Assembly: GCA_965205485.1 (NCBI GenBank)
Contig: OZ242180.1
Coordinates: 1-64,000, forward strand
Source: Candidatus Latescibacterota bacterium
GTDB lineage: Bacteria > Latescibacterota > UBA2968 > GCA-2709665
Direction: 5' to 3'
Length of the DNA: 64,000 nucleotides
This document shows, in pieces, positions 1-8,605 of the stretch. Under the pieces are notes generated by a model, which saw only the letters and a list, made by a program, of their open reading frames with translations, had not been told where the DNA came from and did not search any database. Position 1 is the first letter of the stretch, and every line of letters begins with the position of its first letter. Made by a program: the position numbers and the translations under genes.

Positions 1-84
1 CGGGTTGGCTGTAAAGATTGAGACACGCTGTCGGGATTTTTTTCGCGCTCCCTGCATGTCCGCCGACCCCTAAGGCGTTAATCC

Positions 85-852
85 ATGGATAGATCAGGCA
101 CGCTGGCCTTTGTTACCGGCGCCGCCAGCGGCATCGGGGAAGCCATTGCCAGGCGGTTTTCCGACGAGGGGCATCGGGTCATCGCCCTGGATCGTTCCGG
201 GCGCGCGCTGAAGCAACTGGCCGGATGCGTACCCAACACCATCCCGTGCGTCTTCGACCTGAACGACCTTGAGGCCATCCCTGACCGGGTGTCCGGGCTC
301 GTCAAAGCGCACGGCGCCATCGATGTGCTCGTCAACAATGCAGGCGCCTGGTGCTACGAACCCCTGGTCGACATCGCCCTGGACCGATGGGAGGAAATCT
401 ACCGGATCAATGCGACGGCCCCGTTCATCCTTACCCGCGAGATCGCGCCCGGGATGATCGAGCGGGGCGACGGCGTGATTGTCAACATCGCCTCCCGCAA
501 CGCCCTGGTGTCCAGTAAGGGCTCCGCCGCCTACGACTCATCCAAAGCGGCGCTTGTCGCCTTTACCCGGACGGCCGCGGGAGAATTCGCACCGCACAAC
601 GTGCGAGTGAACGCCATCTGCCCGGGCGTCATCAACACACCGGCGAACGACGACCTGCTCGACGACAGGGAAACCCTGGACAACTACCTCAAGTTGATAC
701 CGCAGGGCCGCTACGGCGAACCCGAGGAAATCGCGGGCATCGTACACTTTCTCACCACCCCCGACGCCCGATTCATCACCGGACAGACCCTCGTTGCGGA
801 CGGCGGACAGATGGCCTTCTCGGACTGGAAGAAGCTATTTGACAAGCGCTGA
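85..852 (+). CDS. short-chain dehydrogenase/reductase (SDR)
   Basis: TGAASGIG Rossmann motif, NNAG, YxxSK catalytic motif, NAICPG. Confidence 0.93.
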   Translation: MDRSGTLAFVTGAASGIGEAIARRFSDEGHRVIALDRSGRALKQLAGCVPNTIPCVFDLNDLEAIPDRVSGLVKAHGAIDVLVNNAGAWCYEPLVDIALDRWEEIYRINATAPFILTREIAPGMIERGDGVIVNIASRNALVSSKGSAAYDSSKAALVAFTRTAAGEFAPHNVRVNAICPGVINTPANDDLLDDRETLDNYLKLIPQGRYGEPEEIAGIVHFLTTPDARFITGQTLVADGGQMAFSDWKKLFDKR

Positions 853-901
853 GACGAACTCTCCTGCGGCGTCTGCGGACAAAACGGAGACGGGACGTCT
901 T

Positions 902-1054
902 AAACAGCCTGTTGGAAAAAGTCCATCCGGCCTACGGCCGGCCCTTGCGGTCGAAATACTGCGTTGCGCTCCCTCGCCGAATCACTGGATGGGACTCGGT
1001 CGCGCGCCTTGTCTTCGACCACGCCTGCAGAGCGACTTTCTCAACGGACTGTTA
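902..1054. mobile_element. MITE family A, copy 1
   Basis: Imperfect terminal inverted repeats (acagcctgttggaaaaagtc / gactttctcaacggactgt); near-identical interior at 35702 and 36765; no coding capacity. Confidence 0.85.
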
Positions 1055-1074
1055 GGCACGAAGAGAGGACTGAT

Positions 1075-1842
1075 ATGAGCCAAGGGCAATTCACGGGTAA
1101 GGTCGCTATTGTAACCGGGGCCAGCAGCGGGATCGGCAGGGCCGTCGCACTCGCCCTTGCAAACGAAGGCGCGTCTGTCGTGGCCACCTACAACAGCAAC
1201 AGGGCAGGCGCGGACGCGCTAAGCGCAGAGGCCGCGTCGTCGGAAGGCCGCGTTGAAACCCTGAAAACGGACGTCTGCAGCGCCGCGAACGTCCAGCGAA
1301 TGGTGGACCATACCCTGGAAGTCTTCGGCGGCCGCCTGCACGTGCTTATCAACAACGCCGGACAGTGGATGAACAAGGCGCGCATTGCGGAGTGCCCTGA
1401 GGAACTCTGGGACCACATGATGAACGTCAATCTGAAAAGCGTGTTCCTATGCTGCCGCGCGGCCATTCCCGCCATGCAAGAGAACGGCTCCGGCGCCATC
1501 GTGAATATCTCCTCCGTCGCGGGCCATACAGGCGGAGGGGGAGGCACGCTTCCCTACGGCACGGCAAAGGGCGGGGTCAATACCTTCACACGGGGACTCG
1601 CTAAAGAACTTGCGCCTTACGGTATCCGGGTCAATGCCCTGGCGCCGGGCGTGATCGACACGCCGATGCAGCACCGGCACTCTACACCGGAGCAGCTTGA
1701 GTCCTTCGGAGAAGCCACACCGCTGAAGCGGGTCGGCCGAGCCGAGGAAATGGTCGGGGCGGTGATGCTCCTCGCCTCCGACCAGGGCAGTTTCATCACG
1801 GGCGAAATCATCGACGCCAACGGCGGTATCTACATCCGCTGA
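1075..1842 (+). CDS. SDR oxidoreductase (FabG-like)
   Basis: TGASSGIG, NNAG, YGTAK; start moved to ATG 1075 after GAGGA RBS because the upstream ORF extension is MITE sequence. Confidence 0.92.
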   Translation: MSQGQFTGKVAIVTGASSGIGRAVALALANEGASVVATYNSNRAGADALSAEAASSEGRVETLKTDVCSAANVQRMVDHTLEVFGGRLHVLINNAGQWMNKARIAECPEELWDHMMNVNLKSVFLCCRAAIPAMQENGSGAIVNISSVAGHTGGGGGTLPYGTAKGGVNTFTRGLAKELAPYGIRVNALAPGVIDTPMQHRHSTPEQLESFGEATPLKRVGRAEEMVGAVMLLASDQGSFITGEIIDANGGIYIR

Positions 1843-1948
1843 GCGGGCATCGTTCGCCGGCGGGCTGTGAACGATGCCGCTCGCTGCGAATTCCGTTGCA
1901 GATGGAGCGGGGGCGGCGGGAAAATCACTCATCAGTCAGGAGAGTTCA

Positions 1949-2875
1949 ATGAGAAAAGGATGGATATTGCTTGTTTCGCTGCTTCTTTTCGCCTGCGAGG
2001 CGGAAAAGAAGGATCTGGCAACGGAAGACGAGAGAGCCAGCTACAGCCTGGGATTCACGATTGGCGAGGAAGTTGCGAAAGGCCTGGAAAAAACGCAGAT
2101 TGCGCTCGACGCCGACGCATATGGAAAAGGCGTCAGGGAAGCGGCGGCGGGCGGAGGGACCGTCTACACCCGCGAAGAAATCGAGCAGACCTTGCTGGAT
2201 TTTCGCCAGGAGAAAGACGTGCAGGACAGCCAAAGACTCAACTATTCACTCGGGTACGCCGTGGGCAGGGACATTGTTAACGGACTGCGCCAGAACGCCG
2301 GAATTGAAGTGGATCCCGATGCGTTCTCGATGGGTGTCAAGGACCGGGTAACGAAGGCAGACGGCCGCATGAACGAAGAGGAGATCAAGGCCGCCATGGC
2401 GTCGCTGAAGCAGAGAATGATCGACCGGCAGCAGGAACAGATGAAGGCGCGGGGCGCAAGACCCAACATTGGAGACCTGGCGATGAAGAACAAAGAGGAG
2501 GGAAGGCAGTTTCTCGCGGAAAACAGGACAAAGACCGGGGTCGTGGAAACGCCCAGCGGTCTTCAGTACACGATAACCCGTGAGGGTTCCGGTAAGTCGC
2601 CCTCCGCAACGGACAAAGTGACCGTACACTACCGCGGTACCCTCCTCGACGGCAACGAGTTCGACAGCTCCTTCAAGCGCGGACAACCGGCAACGTTCCC
2701 GCTCAACCGCGTCATCAGGGGGTGGACCGAAGGCCTGCAACTGATGAAGGAAGGGGCCAAATTCACCTTCTATATTCCTTCCGACCTCGCCTACGGCGAC
2801 CGTGGGAATCCGGCCATCCCGCCCGGGGCGACGCTCATTTTCGAGGTTGAGTTACTGAAGGTCAATCAGCCTTAA
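1949..2875 (+). CDS. FKBP-type peptidyl-prolyl isomerase (FkpA/Mip-like) lipoprotein with duplicated N-terminal domain
   Basis: Lipobox-like LFAC; two SYSLG/NYSLG N-domains; VHYRGTL, FDSS, VIRGWTEGL, IPPGATLIFEVEL. Confidence 0.93.
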   Translation: MRKGWILLVSLLLFACEAEKKDLATEDERASYSLGFTIGEEVAKGLEKTQIALDADAYGKGVREAAAGGGTVYTREEIEQTLLDFRQEKDVQDSQRLNYSLGYAVGRDIVNGLRQNAGIEVDPDAFSMGVKDRVTKADGRMNEEEIKAAMASLKQRMIDRQQEQMKARGARPNIGDLAMKNKEEGRQFLAENRTKTGVVETPSGLQYTITREGSGKSPSATDKVTVHYRGTLLDGNEFDSSFKRGQPATFPLNRVIRGWTEGLQLMKEGAKFTFYIPSDLAYGDRGNPAIPPGATLIFEVELLKVNQP

Positions 2876-2932
2876 CACGAACAAAGACAACCGTCTAATT
2901 GGCCACAACAAGCCTGAATGCGGGTAGTGGTG

Positions 2933-3092
2933 AGAAAATCGGGTAGACGCAAGACGTGAGACGGTAGAAGAAATCCTTGCCAGAAAAGATATTCCAAGCA
3001 GTGGCATATTCCTCGTTGCCTTTGGCACGAGAAGAATCGTCACAAGGCAGGTAATCTCTCCCGTTACCGTCTCCCGCCCTTCCGACCTACCC
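2933..3092. repeat. repeat family F (arms of short tandem motifs), copy 1
   Basis: gggtagacg..gtagaagaaatccttgcc..acaaggcag..ctctcccg pattern recurs at ~17414 and ~33661. Confidence 0.65.
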
Positions 3093-3285
3093 CCTAGCCC
3101 CCTTCCTGAAGGAAGGGGGAACGGTAACGGTTTGATGTACCGGGCTTGCAGACGTTTCGTGATGGCGATTCCCTTTCAATGTGAGCCTCAATAGGAAATC
3201 GGCGAGGCGATGTCCGGCCTTTCTCCCTCTTTCCTTTAGGAGAGAGGGCCGGGGAGAGAGGTCTGAGGGGCCGGGGGGTGAGGTC
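3086..3285. repeat. REPIN-like repeat family C, copy 1
   Basis: Palindromic ends (cccccttcctgaaggaaggggg; tctccctctttcctttaggagagaggg); inverted copy at 37326-37512. Confidence 0.85.
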
Positions 3286-3461
3286 TCGCTCAGATCCAGT
3301 GGCTCTATGCATCTTTTACAGCCCATCGGAAAACACCGACTTTTCGAATTTCAATAAATCTGTTGTGTAACGTAGTGTTTTCTGTTACATTGTCTTGCTT
3401 CGAATCTTGACCTCATCTGAAGTGTCCGTTCCCGCATGCGGGAGCACCAAGGAGGTAGGCG

Positions 3462-3713
3462 TTGCCCACGCTCAAATCGTCCCACAAAAGGCTCCGGCAG
3501 AACCGAAGAGCCCGTCTGCGCAACAGGAGCGCGCGTTCCGAGTTGAGAACCGTCCTCAAGAGGGCATCGAATACGAGCGACAGAGGTGAAATGGAAGCGC
3601 TGATGCCGCAGGCAGTATCGGTCATAGACAAGAGTGTTAAAAAGGGCGTCCTGCATCGAAACACCGCTGCCCGTTACAAATCGGACCTCGCCCGTCGTGC
3701 GAATTCCATGTAG
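3462..3713 (+). CDS. rpsT: 30S ribosomal protein S20
   Basis: PTLKSSHKRLRQN...IDKSVKKGVLHRNTAARYKS; AGGAGG RBS with TTG start. Confidence 0.96.
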   Translation: MPTLKSSHKRLRQNRRARLRNRSARSELRTVLKRASNTSDRGEMEALMPQAVSVIDKSVKKGVLHRNTAARYKSDLARRANSM

Positions 3714-3730
3714 GCGCAACCCTGCAAATA

Positions 3731-3775
3731 AAAGACGCGCCCGATGTCCATCGAGACATCGGGCGCGTTTTTCTT
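3731..3775. terminator. bidirectional intrinsic terminator (rpsT / cysK)
   Basis: gacgcgcccgatgtc-catcga-gacatcgggcgcgtt hairpin with A/T tracts on both sides. Confidence 0.8.
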
Positions 3776-3788
3776 TCCGGGATCCGAG

Positions 3789-4715
3789 TTACGAATAGAG
3801 ATAGGCGCCTATATAGCGTTCGCCCGTATCCGGAAGGATTACCACCACGCGTTCAACCGGAGACATGCCCGCGGCGACCGCTGCGGCCGCGTGGGCCGCG
3901 GCCCCGGAAGAAATGCCTGCCAGGATGCCCTCCTCCCGCGCCAGCCTGCGTGACATCCGCCGGGCCTGCGTATTGGTTACGGGAACGACTCGGTCCAGAA
4001 TTTCCACATTGAGCACATCCGGGACCATTCCGGCGCCCAGCCCGTCGATCTCGGTGGGCCCGGGTTGTCTGCCCGAAAGCACCGCGGAATCCGCCGGTTC
4101 AACGCCGACGATGCAGGTCTCCGGATCCTCCGCCTTCAAGACTTCCCCCACGCCGGTGACCGTGCCTCCCGTCCCAACGCCCGCGACGAACGCGTCGGGC
4201 GCTCCATCCATCTGCATCAGAATCTCGCGCGCGGTGGTCCGGCGGTGAATTTCCGGGTTGGCCGGGTTTTCGAACTGCTGCGGCAGGAAACACTCCGTAC
4301 CACTCTCGACCAGTTCAAGCGCCTTCTTTATCGTGCCCTGCATTCCGTCGTACGTCGATGTCAACACCACCTCGGCGCCCAGCGCCCTGAGCAGCTTCTG
4401 GCGCTCGTCGCTAACGCCCTCCGGCATGGTGATCGTGAGCCTGTAGCCCTTCACGGCTGCCACCATCGCCAGTCCGATCCCCGTATTCCCGCTTGTGGGC
4501 TCTACAATCCTCATCCCCGGTTTCAGATCGCCCCGCGCTTCCGCCGCCTCGATCATGGCAAGCGCCGTCCGGTCCTTCACGCTGCCCGCGGGGTTGAACG
4601 CCTCCAGCTTGGCCCAGACAACCGCTCCGCCGGGATCGGCCACCCGGTTCAGACGGACCATTGGCGTTGCGCCAATCAGCTTCAGAATATTGTCGCCTGT
4701 TCTGAGGGCATCCAT
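3789..4715 (-). CDS. cysK: cysteine synthase A (O-acetylserine sulfhydrylase)
   Basis: NPAGSVKDR PLP lysine, EPTSGNTGIG, QQFENPAN, GTGGT, PDTGERY. Confidence 0.92.
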   Translation of the reverse strand: MDALRTGDNILKLIGATPMVRLNRVADPGGAVVWAKLEAFNPAGSVKDRTALAMIEAAEARGDLKPGMRIVEPTSGNTGIGLAMVAAVKGYRLTITMPEGVSDERQKLLRALGAEVVLTSTYDGMQGTIKKALELVESGTECFLPQQFENPANPEIHRRTTAREILMQMDGAPDAFVAGVGTGGTVTGVGEVLKAEDPETCIVGVEPADSAVLSGRQPGPTEIDGLGAGMVPDVLNVEILDRVVPVTNTQARRMSRRLAREEGILAGISSGAAAHAAAAVAAGMSPVERVVVILPDTGERYIGAYLYS

Positions 4716-4754
4716 GGTTCAAACCGTGGGGGTGGCTTCGGGTCCTTCGCCTGC

Positions 4755-5183
4755 CTAGATGCGAAACACGATGCGGCCGCTTTGCAACCGGTATTTCCTG
4801 CAGAGGTCGCCAAAGGTAACGGTGGCGAGCACCTCCTCAACCGCCGCTTCCATCTCCTCATAGACATCCCGCAGCACGTCTGGCGCGCCGTCGGGGCCTT
4901 CCTTGTCTTCCGCCGCGAGCTGTACCGGACCTTCGAGGACCTCCAGTACAGCCCCCACGGTTATCTCCTCCGGGCGCCGGATCAGTTCATGGCCGCCCTT
5001 ACGACCTCTGACGCTGCGCACCAGGCCGGCGTTACGCAATGGATTCAGCAACTGTACGAGATAGGATTCAGGAATATCCTGCCGTGAGGCAATTTCCGCG
5101 CTCTGCACAACCCCTTCACCGTAGTGCAGCGCGAGATCCAGAACGGCCCGCAGGCCGTAGTTGCCCTTCGAGGAAATATACAT
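4755..5183 (-). CDS. Rrf2-family regulator, CymR-like
   Basis: YGLRAVLDLA, LVRSVRGRKGG wHTH, LEG; no three-Cys Fe-S motif. Confidence 0.9.
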   Translation of the reverse strand: MYISSKGNYGLRAVLDLALHYGEGVVQSAEIASRQDIPESYLVQLLNPLRNAGLVRSVRGRKGGHELIRRPEEITVGAVLEVLEGPVQLAAEDKEGPDGAPDVLRDVYEEMEAAVEEVLATVTFGDLCRKYRLQSGRIVFRI

Positions 5184-5238
5184 ACACGGCCTCATTGAAT
5201 CGGAACGGGAACAGACTTCCGCCGCGGTTGCCCGACAG

Positions 5239-5523
5239 TCAACATCGCCCCCCGGCGATGGCCGGGACGATTGTCACGCTGTCGCCGTCGCTGAGCGGCG
5301 TCTCCGTACCATCGAGAAAGCGAACGTCCTCGTCATTGACGTACACGTTCACGAATCGACGCAGGTTTCCGGTGCCGGCATCGACCAGATTCTCCTTGAT
5401 GCCGGGATGTTTCGATTCCAGATCGTCGAGCAGTTCGCCCAGCGTCGCGCCGTTGGCCTCAACGTCCGCGCGATCGCCCGTGAATTTTCGCAATGGCGTT
5501 GGAATGCGTACGGTCAGACCCAT
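5239..5523 (-). CDS. ThiS/MoaD-family ubiquitin-like sulfur carrier (CysO-like)
   Basis: VRIPTPLRKFTG, RFVNVYVNDEDVRFL, PAIAGG followed by RC. Confidence 0.93.
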   Translation of the reverse strand: MGLTVRIPTPLRKFTGDRADVEANGATLGELLDDLESKHPGIKENLVDAGTGNLRRFVNVYVNDEDVRFLDGTETPLSDGDSVTIVPAIAGGRC

Positions 5524-5653
5524 CGTGTATTCCTCCTGATTATTAGTTGTCCTGAGTTGCCGTGATTGCAATCCGGTTCCTTCTGATCTGTATCTCACTC
5601 CCCTTCTGCGGCCGCGGCTCCGGATGTGGTCACAGTCACGTGCAATCCGTAAC

Positions 5654-6148
5654 CTACCGGATTGCCGGATCGTATCCGGTCAGCACCGTCTCCGCAAATG
5701 TCTTCGTCCGTTTGTCCCATGCGAACCCGGCTGCCTCCCGGACAGCACCACCGACAACGGAGACGACCAGGTATACCACGTCCGGAAAGGCCGGCTGCTC
5801 CATAAACATGGCAGCCTGGCGATCTTCCTCGGAAAAGTACGCGTCGCAGTCGATGTGAGAGTGATAAAACGCCACCACGCGTCCGCCAGCGCCTTCCGTC
5901 TCCGAAAAAATCCGGTGGACCTCCAGATCGTCCATCCGGTAGGCGTTATTCGAAGTGCGCGGATGCTCCTCCGGATTTCGGGCATGCAACCGGTCCTGTA
6001 GATTCTCGCACGGATGAACGCTAAAGGCTCCGTCAGCGCCTTCCGTTACGATCCCACAGCATTCGGAAGGATAATCCCTTCGCGCGTGTTCGTGAATCTT
6101 CTTCCAGACCGCCCGATCCAATGCCGCCCCTCCTTCAATCAGGCTCAT
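5654..6148 (-). CDS. JAB/MPN+ (M67) metallopeptidase, Mec-like
   Basis: YPSECCG N-terminal Glu and YHSHIDCDAYFSEED JAMM motif. Confidence 0.92.
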   Translation of the reverse strand: MSLIEGGAALDRAVWKKIHEHARRDYPSECCGIVTEGADGAFSVHPCENLQDRLHARNPEEHPRTSNNAYRMDDLEVHRIFSETEGAGGRVVAFYHSHIDCDAYFSEEDRQAAMFMEQPAFPDVVYLVVSVVGGAVREAAGFAWDKRTKTFAETVLTGYDPAIR

Positions 6149-7088
6149 CCAGCCGCCACAGCGGCGTACTCATGTATTTCTCGCCGCTGTCCGGAAAGAG
6201 TGTCACGACAACCCCTTCCCGCGCCTCCTCGGCCACGCGCATTGCCCCGGCAAAGGCCGCGCCGCACGACTGCCCCGCGGGAACCCCGAGTTCGCGCGTC
6301 AGCCGTCTGGCGGCTTCATAGGCGTCTTCAGTTTCCACGCGGATCTTCTCGTCCCAGACCGAGGGATCGTAAATGCCCGGCACAATGGACACGTCCATAT
6401 TCTTCAGGCCTTCGATGCCGTGAAATTCGGGCGGTTCCACGGCAATGATCTGTACATCGGGGTTGTATTCCTTCAAACGCCGGCCGGTGCCGATCAACGT
6501 GCCGCTGGTGCCGAGGGTCGCCACGAAATGGGTCACGCGCCCCCCTGTCTGACCCCAGATTTCCGGCGCGGTCTTCAGATAGTGGGCCCTGGGATTCGAA
6601 GGGTTGTTGTACTGGTCCGGCTTGTAATACCGCTCGGGGTTTGCTGCCAGAATCTCCCTGCATTTCAGAATGGCGCCGTCGGAGCCCTCCAGGGGATCGC
6701 TCAGAACGAGGCTGGCGCCGTAGGCCTGGATCACGTGCCGGCGTTCCACGCTCACGCTGCCGGGCATCACCAGTTCCACCCGGTACCCCAGCGCCGCGCC
6801 GATCATCGCGTACGCGATTCCCGTGTTGCCTGAAGTGGAGTCGATGATCACCCTGTCGGGGGTCAACTCGCCGGATGCAATGGCATCCTGAATCATCTGC
6901 AGCGCCGGCCGGTCCTTTACCGATCCTCCCGGATTGAACATCTCCATTTTCGCATAGATCTCAATGCCGTCCAGGTGGTCCGCAAACTTCCGGATGCGCA
7001 ACAGCGGCGTCCTGCCGATGTGTTCGACCACCGTCGGCTGAATTCCGGAACCGACGTCCGTACTCGGAATCTGATCACCCACAGACAA
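6135..7088 (-). CDS. cysM: PLP-dependent cysteine synthase B (CysM-like, probably sulfur-carrier dependent)
   Basis: NPGGSVKDR, DSTSGNTG, DQYNNPSN, GTSGT; overlaps the JAB gene; start likely TTG 7088 or GTG 7082 after GAGG. Confidence 0.85.
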   Translation of the reverse strand: MSVGDQIPSTDVGSGIQPTVVEHIGRTPLLRIRKFADHLDGIEIYAKMEMFNPGGSVKDRPALQMIQDAIASGELTPDRVIIDSTSGNTGIAYAMIGAALGYRVELVMPGSVSVERRHVIQAYGASLVLSDPLEGSDGAILKCREILAANPERYYKPDQYNNPSNPRAHYLKTAPEIWGQTGGRVTHFVATLGTSGTLIGTGRRLKEYNPDVQIIAVEPPEFHGIEGLKNMDVSIVPGIYDPSVWDEKIRVETEDAYEAARRLTRELGVPAGQSCGAAFAGAMRVAEEAREGVVVTLFPDSGEKYMSTPLWRLDEPD

Positions 7089-7176
7089 CCTCTTCCGGTT
7101 CGCGCGGGAGCGTGAAGCCAATGCCCCGTTCACGTACAAAAATGGCCCCGTGTTGCCCGGGACCAAGCTGCAGAAA

Positions 7177-7206
7177 ATAATATATGCTGAAGACTGGCTT
7201 TGTCAA
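7177..7206 (-). promoter_or_regulatory. sigma70-type promoter for the cysM-mec-carrier operon
   Basis: TTGACA followed by TATATT (16-nt spacer) or TATTAT (18-nt spacer). Confidence 0.6.
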
Positions 7207-7224
7207 GCGCAAACGCGGGAAGGC

Positions 7225-7249
7225 GGGCACCCACAAGGGGCGCCCCTGC
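7225..7249. repeat. GTAG-type REP, family E, copy 1
   Basis: gggcacccacaaggggcgcccctgc; similar copies at 15275 and 59191. Confidence 0.75.
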
Positions 7250-7362
7250 AAAACCACGTGTGGCGCGGAACGGCCCGCGGTTCCGCGAGATTTCCGTACA
7301 AAAGACATCGGCGGAAGCCGCCCGGGCATCCGCCGATGAAGATTCCTTCCGTTCAGCCCCGA

Positions 7363-8112
7363 TCATCCCGCCGCCAGTTGCCCCTCCGCTTCGGGTATCT
7401 CGACTCCCTCCAACGGAACGTGCATGCCGCATTCCGTTTTGCACGTGCCGGCCCAGCGGCCCGCGCGTTCGCTTGCGCCGGGCGCCGCGGGCTGGGTGCA
7501 GGGCCAGCAGCCGATGCTGGAATACCCCTGGTCCATGAGCGGATTGTACGGCAGGTCATTGTCCGCGATGTAGTCCCACACCTGCTTCCGCGTCCAGGCG
7601 GCGAGCGGATTGACCTTGGCGATGGTCCTCCCGCCGCTGACCGGGTATCCTTCCACGACGCTTACGCCCGCCCGTGTGTCGGACTGATCTCTTCGCAGCC
7701 CGGCAACCCAGCCGTCCAGTCCTGCCAGCTTCCGTTGCAGCGGCTCCACCTTGCGCATCGCGCAGCAGCGATCCGGCTCCGTGCTGTACAGGTCCGGACC
7801 GCACACGCGGTCCTGCTCAGGTACGCTCAGGCGGGGACGCAGTGATTCGATCTGAATATCGTAACGCGCCTCGACACGCTTTTTCAACGCCAGTGTTTCG
7901 GAGAAGAGGTACCCCGTGTCGATTGTGAAGACGGGAAGTTGCGGGGCCGCCCTCTGCGCCATATCCACGAGAACCACGCCGCTGGGCCCGAATGCCGTGC
8001 TCATTGCCACCGCGGGACCCAGGTCCCGCCAGGCCCGCGCCAGGATGTCTTCGGGCGGCGCGTTCTTCAGTTCATCCGCGAGTCGGCTGAGTTCTTCCAG
8101 GTTCATATCCAT
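7363..8112 (-). CDS. cysH: APS/PAPS reductase ([4Fe-4S] APS type)
   Basis: TIDTGYLF, RCC..RKVEPL, SIGCWPCT, GRW, ECGMH. Confidence 0.94.
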   Translation of the reverse strand: MDMNLEELSRLADELKNAPPEDILARAWRDLGPAVAMSTAFGPSGVVLVDMAQRAAPQLPVFTIDTGYLFSETLALKKRVEARYDIQIESLRPRLSVPEQDRVCGPDLYSTEPDRCCAMRKVEPLQRKLAGLDGWVAGLRRDQSDTRAGVSVVEGYPVSGGRTIAKVNPLAAWTRKQVWDYIADNDLPYNPLMDQGYSSIGCWPCTQPAAPGASERAGRWAGTCKTECGMHVPLEGVEIPEAEGQLAAG

Positions 8113-8140
8113 GCAAATCCTCTACCGCCATAATTTACAA

Positions 8141-8190
8141 TATTGTTGATCAAGTTAGTCAAGAATAATGAAATCAATCGGCCTTGTCAA
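8141..8190 (-). promoter_or_regulatory. cysH promoter with overlapping Rrf2-type operator
   Basis: TTGACA(8190-8185)-17 nt-TATTCT(8167-8162); imperfect palindrome tattgttgatcaagttagtcaagaata at 8141-8167. Confidence 0.72.
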
Positions 8191-8365
8191 GTGATTTCTG
8201 AATAATTCCGGTACTCCTGAGAGCCGGTTCACCCCCAATGGGCGGCCACTGACACCCGTATCTCAGCCTGAAATCGCCTTGACTTTTGGAACGTGATATG
8301 ATAATTTACGGGACTAAATATCGCTGGCGTTTCGCAGCATCGCGGAACCGTCCGGTGCAGGAAAC

Positions 8366-8400
8366 AAAAAAGCCCGATCGGTTGCGATCCGGGCCGTTTT
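8366..8400 (-). terminator. terminator downstream of tRNA-Lys
   Basis: gcccggatcgcaaccgatcgggc hairpin followed by T6 on the minus strand. Confidence 0.65.
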
Positions 8401-8433
8401 ATAATGCAAGTACTTTATTTTTAGAAATTTAAA

Positions 8434-8505
8434 TGAGCCCGGAAGGATTTGAACCTTCGACCAACGGCTTAAAAGGCCGCTGCTCTACCCCTGAGCTACG
8501 GGCCC
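8434..8505 (-). tRNA. tRNA-Lys (anticodon UUU), CCA not encoded
   Basis: gggcccgtagctcaggggtagagcagcggccTTTtaagccgttggtcgaaggttcaaatccttccgggctca cloverleaf. Confidence 0.96.
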
Positions 8506-8559
8506 ATTCCATTCCCGGATCAGACTGCGAAAACCAGTACTCGATCGGGCAAAGTGATG

Positions 8560-8588
8560 AATATAGACAAGCAATTCTCCCCTGTCAA
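8560..8588 (-). promoter_or_regulatory. sigma70 promoter of tRNA-Lys
   Basis: TTGACA-17 nt-TATATT. Confidence 0.7.
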
Positions 8589-8605
8589 GAAAAAGGGTTT
8601 ACGTA

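Noticed and set aside
5239..6148. Ubl plus JAB as an anti-phage ubiquitin-like system (CBASS/Bil)
   Set aside because: No E2 or CD-NTase gene; the context is cysteine biosynthesis
8434..8505. tRNA-Lys as an island integration site
   Set aside because: No integrase and no duplicated tRNA 3' end seen in the window
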